Positions 49,138-58,466 are shown, counted from the stretch's first letter. The stretch is 64,000 nucleotides of DNA from Thermodesulfobacteriota bacterium (GCA_049320885.1 JBMORA010000064.1:64001-128000), one strand, 5' to 3'. A program made the numbers and translations. Notes: generated by a model not told the origin, from the sequence alone.

Positions 49138-49812
49138 CTATGCGGCGTATGCGCTCCTGAGCGAATCCACCTTCTCGTTCAATTCTTTCACGCCTCTTGT
49201 AATGCTGTCAATGTCTTTTTTGCTGGGCAGGTTGAGCTGAGCTGGTATGGATTTCATGCGGCTGCTGATTTTTTTTTCTAGCTGCTGTTTTCCGGGGACT
49301 TTTTCGATGGCCTTTTTCCCGCGTTCGATGATGTCCTTTTTTACAATCCGGGCGTCTTTCTCAATACCTTTTAAAACGGATTTATAGTCATCGATCAGGC
49401 TGTCCATTTTTTCACGGGTATCGGCCTTTAGCTCCTCAATGAAATCCTTGCTTTCGTCCATGAGCCGGCTGATGGCTTTGCGGGGATCTTTCCTGGCTTT
49501 TTTCAGAAACATTTTGCCGTCATCCAGCAGGGAGTCGATTTTTTCCCGGGCGTCGTTCTTCACATCCTCGATGAATTCCTTGCCGTCATCCATCAGTCCC
49601 TCGATGGCTTTGACGGGGTCTTTTTTGAGGTCTTCCACGAATTCCTTGCCGTTTTCGATGGGTTTCCGGAAGACTTTTTCGTTGTATCGGTCCAGCTTGT
49701 CCGTCAAGGTGTTTTTGGCTTCCCGAAGGTTGCGGACCACATAATAGCGCGACCCGGCTTTTACCTTGCCCGATGGGGCGGCTTTCCGTTTTGCATTTTT
49801 TGCCTGTGCCAT
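49138..49812 (-). CDS. Phasin/apolipoprotein-like protein with five 22-aa amphipathic repeats
   Basis: 22-residue periodic D/E-x-GK-x-F repeats and a C-terminal phasin-type LNLPSKKDI. ATG 49812 has GGAGG upstream. Confidence 0.8.
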   Translation of the reverse strand: MAQAKNAKRKAAPSGKVKAGSRYYVVRNLREAKNTLTDKLDRYNEKVFRKPIENGKEFVEDLKKDPVKAIEGLMDDGKEFIEDVKNDAREKIDSLLDDGKMFLKKARKDPRKAISRLMDESKDFIEELKADTREKMDSLIDDYKSVLKGIEKDARIVKKDIIERGKKAIEKVPGKQQLEKKISSRMKSIPAQLNLPSKKDIDSITRGVKELNEKVDSLRSAYAA

Positions 49813-49885
49813 TGTTTGCCTCCGTATTGTAATTTGGGGTTGATGTCTTTCGCTCTGGATGCGACGCCGGCGCGGTCGTATCGAA

Positions 49886-49937
49886 ATAACGCACTGCGTC
49901 ATGGCCGTAATATGATGCGCTGCGTCATAAATGTCAA
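49886..49937 (-). promoter_or_regulatory. Sigma70 promoter with two palindromic 17-bp operators
   Basis: Minus strand TTGACA (49937-32), 17 nt, CATATT. Operators at 49912-49928 (ATGATGCGCTGCGTCAT) and 49886-49902 (ATAACGCACTGCGTCAT). Confidence 0.72.
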
Positions 49938-50121
49938 GCTTTTTTTAGGGCCGGGCGGTAAATTTTTTATGATGAAAATCCGAAGGGGCCGACCCCGCGG
50001 AAGGAAGAAATCCTTTGTTTCACCCCGGGCTTTCGGCCAAAGCATTTGACAAATACGGGAGGAATTGAAAAAATGCGGCGGTTTGAATATGAATCCAGCA
50101 CTTGCTTACCTGGAGGCCAGC

Positions 50122-50715
50122 ATGCACCATATAAAGAAATACGCCAATCGCAAAATGTATGACACGACGGATAGGAGATATATTTCCATGACCCAGCTTG
50201 CCGAACTGATCAAATCCGGTGAGGAAGTCATGGTGGTGGATAATCGCACGGATGAAGATTTGACCGCTGCGATCGTATCTCAGCTCATCGGCCGGGAGAA
50301 AAAGGGCAAGGATAAAATCGTATCTTCCAAGGTGCTGATGCAGCTTCTACGCAAAGGCGGAGGGACGCTGACCGACTACGCGAAAAAATACGCCTCTCTA
50401 TGGCAGAACGCGCTTACCATGGCGGAGGATGAAATCGACAAGGTCGTCAATCTGCTAGTCAAGGATAAGGAACTTTCCAAATCGGAAGGAAGCCGGTTGA
50501 AGCGGGAAATTCTTGGCTATTCCGACACCCTGAAAAAATGGGTCAGCGACAACGTCGACAGGCGGGTCAATGAGGTGTTCGGGATGATGAACCTGGCGAC
50601 CAAGGACGATATGAGCCATCTGGCGGCCAGGTTGGATCGATTGGAGCGAAAAATCCAGAGAATGGAATCCTCCCAGCCCAAAGGGGGGCGGGACCAGCAG
50701 CGCCATCCGGGTTAG
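50122..50715 (+). CDS. PhaR-like regulator (PHB_acc_N) fused to a phasin domain
   Basis: IKKYANRKMYDT..RYISM..LAELIKSGEEVMVVDNRTDEDLT, then LVKDKELSKSEG and MNLATKDDM. GGAGG before ATG 50122. Confidence 0.87.
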   Translation: MHHIKKYANRKMYDTTDRRYISMTQLAELIKSGEEVMVVDNRTDEDLTAAIVSQLIGREKKGKDKIVSSKVLMQLLRKGGGTLTDYAKKYASLWQNALTMAEDEIDKVVNLLVKDKELSKSEGSRLKREILGYSDTLKKWVSDNVDRRVNEVFGMMNLATKDDMSHLAARLDRLERKIQRMESSQPKGGRDQQRHPG

Positions 50716-52379
50716 TGAGAAGGGAAATGCCGGGGAGAAGTTCTCTGCGAACGCTTCAGCCATTGGGAGCAACCGCGATAAATCGTCAGCCGGATTTCTT
50801 TCTGCAGGTCGAGCAGCTTTTCGATGCTGTGTTGGTACAGAATCCAGGCTTCATCCAGGATGGCGCGATGGAACCGGAGGTTGATCAAATCGTCCAGGAA
50901 TAAGGCGGCGCCTTCCCGGAGGAGGTATCCATTCCTGTCGAAGGATGGATCAATATCGGCAAGCACGCCGTTGAGGGTCACCGCCGCTTTTTTATACATC
51001 ATGAGATCGGTGGGGAATATGACCCCCAGATAAGTGAGTTCCTCGAAAAAAAATTCGATGCTGGTAAGGACGCCACGGGCCCCTCCCGAATGATCGGTTA
51101 TAACGGAGTCGATCAACTCCATGACCGGTGATTCCAGTTCGGGATTCTTGGAAATCCCGCCGTTGGTGATGAGATCGGCGGCATGGAAAACCGCCCGGCG
51201 ACCCGCGGACAGGAGGCCGACGGCCAGAAATGCCATCAAAAACCGTTCCCGCCGGGTCAGGCGGCCCATCATGGCCCAGTCATAAAAAATGATTTCCGGC
51301 TGATCACCGTCAAATCGGTAAGCGATGTTGCCGGCATGGGGGTCGCCGTGAAATATGCTGATTTCGCGAAGCTCCTGGATCGGCTTCAGGATGCAGACCC
51401 TTGCAAGGGTCTCGGCCAGCTGTTTTTTCTGCAATGCGGTCAATCCGGCGACATCCGTGATTTTTTTCCCTTCCCGGCGGGTCATGACGGTCATTTCCGG
51501 CGTGGAGCCGGGGAGCGGCTCGGGAATAACGATATGACGCTGGTCCTGATAGTATCGCCGGGCCGCGATCAGGTGGGTCTGTTCGGCCGCCAGATCGATT
51601 TCATTTTCAATCAGACTACGCACCTGGTGGAGTGTGCCTGAAAAATCGAATTGCCGCATTCCCCAGTTTGTTTTCCGTTCGTCCAGGAAGACGGCCAGTT
51701 TTTCCAGCAGCGCCAAGTCGCCGGCGAGGTTCTTGCGGACTCTTGGTTTGACCACTTTCAGAACGGCCGGAATCGGCCTTTTAGAACCTTTTGTGATGAT
51801 GTCCGCCGGTACGACGGCGCAAACACTGGCCTCGGCAAGAATCCGCCGATCCGGAATCACGGTGTTTCCCGGTTTCAATCGGCGCAATTGTTTTGCTATC
51901 ATGGGATGGATCTGCCGATAGACGATTGTTTCCAGATTGTCTTCCAGATCGGTAAGCGTTTGCTTGAATTCGGGATCCAGACCGGGTGTCCGGCAGATGA
52001 CCTGGCCGAGTTTTTGTACGCAGGGCATGTCTTTCACCAGGACGCTCAGTCTGCTTCCCGGATCGGCATGGGGTGGAAGGGCCAGCTGATCGACGATTTT
52101 ATCCGTCAGGCGCGGGACCGGCAGTTCCTGAAGAAGGAAGATCATTGATTCGATGACCACGGGCTGGAACTTGTTGTATTGTTCCGGCAGAAGGCGGCTG
52201 AGACCGGTCCAGAGCACCATGGGACGCACCACCGTTTCGACGGTATGGCTGTCTTTCATTTTTTTCAAAATGGGTGCTATCCTGCTTCGCATCATGGCCC
52301 GGGTCGGCTGGCGTCCCTTGACGGGAGCCGCTGCCATGAATATCCGCAGATACGCTTTCTGGTTCGTGCCGGGATTCAT
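50712..52379 (-). CDS. Divergent ABC1/UbiB (AarF) family atypical kinase
   Basis: QKLGQ, AEASV, VLKVVKP, EIDL..E, FHGDPHAGN, YDWAM. AGGAGG before ATG 52379. Confidence 0.85.
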   Translation of the reverse strand: MNPGTNQKAYLRIFMAAAPVKGRQPTRAMMRSRIAPILKKMKDSHTVETVVRPMVLWTGLSRLLPEQYNKFQPVVIESMIFLLQELPVPRLTDKIVDQLALPPHADPGSRLSVLVKDMPCVQKLGQVICRTPGLDPEFKQTLTDLEDNLETIVYRQIHPMIAKQLRRLKPGNTVIPDRRILAEASVCAVVPADIITKGSKRPIPAVLKVVKPRVRKNLAGDLALLEKLAVFLDERKTNWGMRQFDFSGTLHQVRSLIENEIDLAAEQTHLIAARRYYQDQRHIVIPEPLPGSTPEMTVMTRREGKKITDVAGLTALQKKQLAETLARVCILKPIQELREISIFHGDPHAGNIAYRFDGDQPEIIFYDWAMMGRLTRRERFLMAFLAVGLLSAGRRAVFHAADLITNGGISKNPELESPVMELIDSVITDHSGGARGVLTSIEFFFEELTYLGVIFPTDLMMYKKAAVTLNGVLADIDPSFDRNGYLLREGAALFLDDLINLRFHRAILDEAWILYQHSIEKLLDLQKEIRLTIYRGCSQWLKRSQRTSPRHFPSH

Positions 52380-52434
52380 AGGTCCTCCTTGGCGGCCGGA
52401 ACAATTACCTTGACAGGCGTCTGGTTCCGGGACT

Positions 52435-52463
52435 AAAATAACGCATTGCGTCATGAACGTCAA
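52435..52463 (-). promoter_or_regulatory. Sigma70 promoter containing a third copy of the 17-bp operator
   Basis: Minus strand TTGACG (52463-58), 17 nt, TATTTT. Operator ATAACGCATTGCGTCAT at 52438-52454. Confidence 0.72.
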
Positions 52464-52635
52464 GGCCGATTCGATCCGCGCCGGAGACCAATGGGGAGGG
52501 GATGATCATTCTCTTGTAAGCGATCCGCGCTCCGTGATACTAAAAAAAACGGTCCGGGTCCCTTCGGCCGTATGGGCGGCGGGTGCGTTGGATTTTTTAC
52601 ACAATGGAATCATATAGTTATTGGGAAGAAACTGA

Positions 52636-53292
52636 ATGAACGATTCGATAAACAGTGGAAAACAGGCGGACCGGGACCGGTTTTTTAAATTAAAACGAGC
52701 TCTTCAGGCATTCCAGTCTGCGCGGTTGAGCCGTACGTATAAGGACATCAAGGAAAATCCGGAGTATGCCAAGATCGGAGTTTTTTTCTTCGAAAAACTG
52801 TATGCCCCGGAAGATTTTTCGTTCCGGGATGAGAGTATCCGTAAATTGCACAAACTCCTGAAGGGCAAGATTTACACGGGAATCATATCCGCCGTCAACA
52901 AGGTCATCGAATTGCATGAGCTCACCGACGAACTGGACAACCTTATGGTGGTGGGAATGATCGACCTCGGCGTCGGACCGGATTTGACCATGCAGCAATA
53001 TCAGGAAGTCTATCGCCGGCTGGACAACTATGATCAGCGTCTCTACCAGATACGGCTGAGCACCGATGTCACCCGCACGTTTCATCGCTTGAGCAAGAAA
53101 TGGCTGGTGGCCCTTTCCCTCAATACGGTACGATCCGCCGCTCATCTAATCGGCATGGGTAAAATCCTGGATTTCATTTATGAGGCGTATGAAGGTTTCC
53201 GAGCGATCAAGAATATCGATTTCTTTGTGGAAACGGTGGAGCAGCGGGAAATCGCCTGGCACAATGAGATCTGGTCCGCTGCGAATAAATGA
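52636..53292 (+). CDS. FFLEELY-motif family protein (function unknown)
   Basis: FQSARL..TY.D...Y....FFFEKLYAPEDFSFRD...LHELT..LD...R..QI...GF.A. Confidence 0.7.
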   Translation: MNDSINSGKQADRDRFFKLKRALQAFQSARLSRTYKDIKENPEYAKIGVFFFEKLYAPEDFSFRDESIRKLHKLLKGKIYTGIISAVNKVIELHELTDELDNLMVVGMIDLGVGPDLTMQQYQEVYRRLDNYDQRLYQIRLSTDVTRTFHRLSKKWLVALSLNTVRSAAHLIGMGKILDFIYEAYEGFRAIKNIDFFVETVEQREIAWHNEIWSAANK

Positions 53293-53403
53293 TCTGACAA
53301 AACAAGGACAATGATGATATAGTAAAAAATACGCTTCCTGTGAAAGCGGGTCCCGGGACCTGGATTCCGATGAACACCACTGCCTTTTTCCTGGAGGTGA
53401 ACA

Positions 53404-54495
53404 ATGCGTCCTGCTGTCATGATCCTTTTCGTCTTGGTTCTGGGCCAACTGGCGGGCTGCGGAGGCGAGGGACCCGCCAATGAAAAAAAGGTCGACCCCG
53501 TCACCTTGAAGATCCATGCCTGGAACGGGTATGTTCTGGAATACCGGGAAGCCTTTCAGCGACACGCGAAAAGCGGGTACGGCCTGGATGTTGACATCGT
53601 CTTTTCGTCCACATCCGGATACGAATCCAATGTCGAAAACATCCGGGGAAGGGCAAAGGCCCATTTGGTTTCCCCGGCCAATGATTTGATCGCGCCTCTC
53701 TTGCGGGAAGGCCTGCTCCTTAGGATCGATCTGAAGAAATTATCCAATTTCAATCAAATCAATCCGGTGGTGCTGGAGACCAGATGCCATGAGGTGGACG
53801 GCCTGCCGTATGCCGTGCCATTCAATTTCGGACCCTATTCAATCGCCTACAATCGGGACAAAATGCCGGCGCCCGCATCCTATAAAGTCCTCTGGGACCG
53901 CCGGTATGCCAAACGTGTCGCCATCCCGGGTGAATACGACACCATCAATATATACATGACGGCGCTTATGCTGGGAATGCCCAAGACAGACCTGTTCGAC
54001 CTGGACGCCGAACAGCTTGCAGCGGTGGAGGACAAGCTGCGGGAGCTATGCCGGTACCAAGTCGGTGAGTATTGGCGGGATAATCTCGATCCGGAAAGCC
54101 GCGAGCGGGTGGATGTGGGAATGGATTGGGGTATCGGTGTGAACCTGATCAATCGCAAATATGAGGGGAACTGGGGCCTTGCCATTCCGGAAGAGGGCGC
54201 CACCGGCTGGATCGATACCTGGGCGATTTCCATCAACGCGACGGACCCGAAAGTGCTGGAAGCGGCGTATATCTGGATCGATTTCATGATCAGTGCGGAG
54301 CGGCAGGCGCAGATGGCGAGAATCACTTCCTACGGTCCCATCAATCCCTATGCGGGCAGGTACCTAACGGCTGAAGAAAAGAAATTGTATTATTTGAATT
54401 ATCCAAATTTCATGAAGAACTTGATATTGTGGCAGCCCTTGAAACCCGATGTCCTGAAAAAATACCAGGAAATCTGGAAACGCGCCAGACAATGA
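53404..54495 (+). CDS. PotD/PotF-like extracellular solute-binding lipoprotein; no permease nearby
   Basis: Lipobox LAGC, AWNGY, YAVPFNFG..IAYN, PEEGATGWIDTWAI, WIDFM. ATGA overlap with the kinase. Confidence 0.85.
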   Translation: MRPAVMILFVLVLGQLAGCGGEGPANEKKVDPVTLKIHAWNGYVLEYREAFQRHAKSGYGLDVDIVFSSTSGYESNVENIRGRAKAHLVSPANDLIAPLLREGLLLRIDLKKLSNFNQINPVVLETRCHEVDGLPYAVPFNFGPYSIAYNRDKMPAPASYKVLWDRRYAKRVAIPGEYDTINIYMTALMLGMPKTDLFDLDAEQLAAVEDKLRELCRYQVGEYWRDNLDPESRERVDVGMDWGIGVNLINRKYEGNWGLAIPEEGATGWIDTWAISINATDPKVLEAAYIWIDFMISAERQAQMARITSYGPINPYAGRYLTAEEKKLYYLNYPNFMKNLILWQPLKPDVLKKYQEIWKRARQ

Positions 54496-56753
54496 AATCC
54501 AAAACCACCAGCATTTACGGCAGGATTCTAAGCCTGTCCATCGGTTCCGTAATCTTGGTCGTGATGGTAATCACCGGTTTGTATTTATTGATTATCCGGC
54601 AGGTGTTGGAGTCCCATATCAATTCCAGGGTCGGACATCATCTCGCCAGGCTTGCCCAGATCATCGCCGTTCCGCTGATCAATCAGGATTACGTTCAGAT
54701 GGTGAATATCATCGATGAGGAAACCAAGGGCGGTGATATCCGTTTTGTCTGGCTGACCGATGAAAACGGTCGGGTGATTGTTTCCAACGACGAACGACAG
54801 CTGATGGCGCCGATTGCTTCCGCCCATCGCCTCCGGGAAGGTTTCAGTCAGCGGAGACTGGATAATGGCTGGTTTTTGTGTGCTGTTCCGGATTTCGGCA
54901 TCATGAATTCGATCTTGCTGCGGGTCATCCCCTGGACCCTGATGGTTCTGGTCTTCATCATAGCCGCAACCATATTTTTCTTCATCCGGCTGATCAAAAA
55001 CATCACCCTGCCGCTTTCCAGCGCCATCCAGGCTTCCTCGGCCATGGCCGGGGGGAATTTTACCATGGATTTGGCTGATTCGGGGGTGACGGAAATCGAT
55101 ACGCTGAATCGATCCCTGATGGATACCGGCCGGAAGCTTGACGAACTCACCAGCCGCCTCAAGAACGAGAAGGAGGAACTGGAGAAGAGCCGGGAGGAAA
55201 TCCGCAGTCTTTCGGAATTCAGGGAAAGTATTATCGACAATGCCACCGTGTGGCTGAATGTTCTTGACAAGGACGCGCGAGTGATCGTCTGGAACAAGGC
55301 GGCGGAGGAAATCAGCGGGTATGATCGGGAAGAAGTGCTCGGCACCACGGATATATGGCAGTTGCTATATCCGGAGGAGGAATACCGGGAACGGATTTTT
55401 TCAACGGCTTCGGACATCATTCGAAGAGGGGAGGTGGCCGAAGACCTGACGACGGTGATCCGGACCAAATCCGGCGCACGGAAATATATTTCGTGGTATT
55501 CGAAGAATTTGAAATCGGCTGATGGGGTTACGGTGGGATCCATCGCCATGGGTATCGACATTACCGAAAAGAAACGAGCCGAGGATTCCCTGCGTCAAGC
55601 CCAGAAAATGGAAACGGTGGGTGCGTTGGCCGGAGGCATTGCCCATGATTTCAATAATATTCTCATGGGTATCCTCGGCGCCGTATCGTTAATGGAACTT
55701 GAAATGGATCGTCACGCGGTTCCTTCGAAGGAATCCGTCAACAAATATTTGACGACCATGCGAAATGCGGCCGAGAGGGCGAGCGATATCGTCAAGCATC
55801 TGTTGACCCTTTCCAGACGTCAGGAACTCGAGCTTGCCGTCGTTGATTTGAACATGGCTGTCAGGCATATTGCCAAGATCTGCCAAAGCAGCTTTGATAA
55901 AAGTATTACAATCCGCGTTGCCATTGGGGATGAGCCCGCAACGGTCATGGCCGATCTCACCCAGGTGGAACAGCTGCTGCTGAACCTCTGCGTCAACGCC
56001 TCGCATGCCATGACGATTATGCGGCCGGAAGACGAAAAATGGGGCGGTGCCCTTTCCATCACCAGTACGCGTGTCCGGGAGCTGCCATCCTCGTTGGACC
56101 TGGATTTGACGGCTGGAGACTATTGGAAGCTTTCGGTGGAGGATACCGGGGTCGGCATTCCCAAGGACTTGATTCAGAACATCTTCGATCCGTTCTTTAC
56201 GACAAAAGAAAAGGGTGTGGGGACGGGTCTCGGGCTGTCCATGGCCTACAGCATCGTAAGGGCTCACAACGGCTTCATCACGGTATATTCGGAGCCCGGG
56301 CAGGGAAGTGTATTCAATATCTTTCTGCCGGCTGTTCACGAGGAAGTCGCCCAAAATACAGAAATCCGTTCATATGAAATAGCAGGGGGCAGCGGACTCA
56401 TTCTGGTCGTGGACGATGAACATGCCAACCGTGAAATTCTAAAGATGATGCTGGAAGGTTGCGGGTATGAAGTGATCACCGCCGCGGATGGGGAAGAAGG
56501 CGTCCGGCTGTATGCGGAACACATGGATAAAATAAGGGCTGTCATTCTGGATATCGTCATGCCCCGGATGTCCGGAGAGGAGGCCTGTGCCCGCATTCTC
56601 GATATGAATTCACAGGCCAGGGTGATCGTGTCTTCCGGATTCCGTGACGACAGCAGGGTCAATAAGGCGTTGGCCCGGGGAGCGAAGCTTTTCGTACCCA
56701 AACCGTATTCCCTTCAAAGCCTGTCGTCCGCCATCCGGTCCATTCTGGGATAG
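54492..56753 (+). CDS. Hybrid membrane histidine kinase (HAMP-PAS-HisKA-HATPase-REC)
   Basis: Two TMs, HAMP, PAS (WNKAAEEISGY), AHDFNNIL, NLCVNA, DTGVG, GTGLGL, VDDE..DIVMP..KP. Confidence 0.92.
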   Translation: MKSKTTSIYGRILSLSIGSVILVVMVITGLYLLIIRQVLESHINSRVGHHLARLAQIIAVPLINQDYVQMVNIIDEETKGGDIRFVWLTDENGRVIVSNDERQLMAPIASAHRLREGFSQRRLDNGWFLCAVPDFGIMNSILLRVIPWTLMVLVFIIAATIFFFIRLIKNITLPLSSAIQASSAMAGGNFTMDLADSGVTEIDTLNRSLMDTGRKLDELTSRLKNEKEELEKSREEIRSLSEFRESIIDNATVWLNVLDKDARVIVWNKAAEEISGYDREEVLGTTDIWQLLYPEEEYRERIFSTASDIIRRGEVAEDLTTVIRTKSGARKYISWYSKNLKSADGVTVGSIAMGIDITEKKRAEDSLRQAQKMETVGALAGGIAHDFNNILMGILGAVSLMELEMDRHAVPSKESVNKYLTTMRNAAERASDIVKHLLTLSRRQELELAVVDLNMAVRHIAKICQSSFDKSITIRVAIGDEPATVMADLTQVEQLLLNLCVNASHAMTIMRPEDEKWGGALSITSTRVRELPSSLDLDLTAGDYWKLSVEDTGVGIPKDLIQNIFDPFFTTKEKGVGTGLGLSMAYSIVRAHNGFITVYSEPGQGSVFNIFLPAVHEEVAQNTEIRSYEIAGGSGLILVVDDEHANREILKMMLEGCGYEVITAADGEEGVRLYAEHMDKIRAVILDIVMPRMSGEEACARILDMNSQARVIVSSGFRDDSRVNKALARGAKLFVPKPYSLQSLSSAIRSILG

Positions 56754-56756
56754 ACG

Positions 56757-58451
56757 TCACAAGCCTTTTCTCACAATGGCCACAAGCAGCCAGATGCCCA
56801 TAACGGCCGCGGCCAGAAAGCCGATGATACCAATGAAGGAAATGCCGTAGAAAAGTGGCGGAGTGGCGGAGATGACGATCAGGGCCGATCCGATCAGGAG
56901 GGCGGCGATGATAATGGAAAATGCCAGGCGGTTGCTGATTTTGTGGTAAGCGGCCAGGGTCGTCTCCTGACCTTTGTACTCGACGTTGATCCCGATTTTT
57001 TCATTTTTGATCATCCGGGTGATGTCGAGAATATCCTTGGGCACTTTCTGGAGAAAGTGCCGGAGATCCCCGGCCAGAGTCACCAGATCGAAGGCGATAC
57101 GTTCCGGATAAAACCGGGCGATCTTGACTCTCGCAATAAACGGCGCAGCCTGGCCGACCATATCGAATTGCGGGTCGAGAGCTTTGGCCACTCCTTCCAC
57201 GGTGGCGAGGGCCTTGATCATCAAAAAAATATCCGGCGGAACCCGCAGTCGATGGTGGGAAACCAGCTGCAAAAGCTGCTGCAGCAGCCTGCCGACTTCA
57301 ATGTCTTTGAGGGGCTTGAACAGGTGCCGGCTGATGAAATCCGCCAGTTCCCTCTCAAGGGACCGGATATCCGGCTGGTCCTCCCAATCCGTTATGCGCA
57401 AAATCACTTGGGCGGCTTCGGCGGAGTTCCTGTGAACAATGCTGTCCAGCAGATCGACGAAGTTTTCCCGGGTTTGACGGTCCACGGTTCCGATCATGCC
57501 GAAATCAATCAGGCAAATGATATTCCCTGGCAAGACGAAAATATTCCCGGGGTGCGGGTCGGCATGGAAAAAGCCATTGTGAAACACCTGCTTCAGGGTA
57601 AGATTGGCGCCCCGGGCCGTGATCAGACGGGTATCAAGCCCGGCCGCCTTCAGGTTCGCCACATCGGAAACTTTGATTCCGTTGACGAATTCCATGGTGA
57701 TCACCTGAGACGTGGTCATCTCACGATAGACTTTCGGCACATACACCGTGAGATCCTCGGCGAATTGGCGGGCAAACCGCTCCATGCTGGTGGCTTCCAG
57801 GTTATAGTCGACTTCCTTGCCGAGGGTGCGGGCAAATTCCTCGACGATTTCCGTCGGCCGGTGGAAGGCAAACTCCTGAACGTGGCGTTCCATCAGGCTG
57901 GCGATATACAGCATGATTTCAAGGTCGATTTCGATGGTTTTGCGGATATTCGGGCGCTGCACCTTGATCACTGCTTCGCGGCCGTCGGTCATCCGCACCC
58001 GGTGAACCTGGCCAATGGAAGCGGAGGCAATCGGTTTTTCATCGAAGGCCTCGAATAGTTCCGCAGGCGGCCGGCCCAATTCCTGCTGGATAGTGCTTTT
58101 CACCTGATCGAATGGAAAGGCCGGGACTTCGTCCTGCAGTTTTGACAATTCATTGATGAACTCAATGGGAAACAAGTCCGGCCGGGTGGAAGCGATCTGG
58201 CCGAATTTGATAAAGGTGGGGCCTAGCTCCTCAAATACAATACGAATGCGCTCAGCCCTAGTCATTTTTTCCACGCGCTCTCTTCTTTTGCGCGTGATCA
58301 TCTGCAACCCCAGCTCGATATACTGGTCGATGTGCAGCCGGTTCAACAAATCGTCAAAACCATATTTCAGGAAGATGGTCAGGATCTGACGATACCGGTT
58401 CAGGTGGCGATAGGTGCGCCCGATGGCGGTGATTTTTTGAATGCTCAGCAT
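56757..58451 (-). CDS. ABC1/UbiB (AarF) family atypical kinase with C-terminal TM helices
   Basis: LGPTFIKFGQ, ASASIGQVH, IKVQRP, FHADPHPGN, IDFGM, two C-terminal TM helices. Confidence 0.93.
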   Translation of the reverse strand: MLSIQKITAIGRTYRHLNRYRQILTIFLKYGFDDLLNRLHIDQYIELGLQMITRKRRERVEKMTRAERIRIVFEELGPTFIKFGQIASTRPDLFPIEFINELSKLQDEVPAFPFDQVKSTIQQELGRPPAELFEAFDEKPIASASIGQVHRVRMTDGREAVIKVQRPNIRKTIEIDLEIMLYIASLMERHVQEFAFHRPTEIVEEFARTLGKEVDYNLEATSMERFARQFAEDLTVYVPKVYREMTTSQVITMEFVNGIKVSDVANLKAAGLDTRLITARGANLTLKQVFHNGFFHADPHPGNIFVLPGNIICLIDFGMIGTVDRQTRENFVDLLDSIVHRNSAEAAQVILRITDWEDQPDIRSLERELADFISRHLFKPLKDIEVGRLLQQLLQLVSHHRLRVPPDIFLMIKALATVEGVAKALDPQFDMVGQAAPFIARVKIARFYPERIAFDLVTLAGDLRHFLQKVPKDILDITRMIKNEKIGINVEYKGQETTLAAYHKISNRLAFSIIIAALLIGSALIVISATPPLFYGISFIGIIGFLAAAVMGIWLLVAIVRKGL

Positions 58452-58466
58452 GGAAAGCTTCTTATG

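Noticed and set aside
48976..49281. Plus-strand ORF with a signal-peptide-like start
   Set aside because: Overlaps the coat-protein gene antisense, has no SD and runs through the intergenic hairpins; probably spurious.
49330..49660. DNA-level 66/132-bp periodicity resembling a repeat array
   Set aside because: Explained by the coding 22-aa repeats. There are no identical repeats with unique spacers, so it is not CRISPR, and no cas genes are in the window.
56757..58451. Calling the gene ubiB (ubiquinone biosynthesis)
   Set aside because: Family membership is clear, but there is no ubiE/ubiJ context, so the symbol is withheld.
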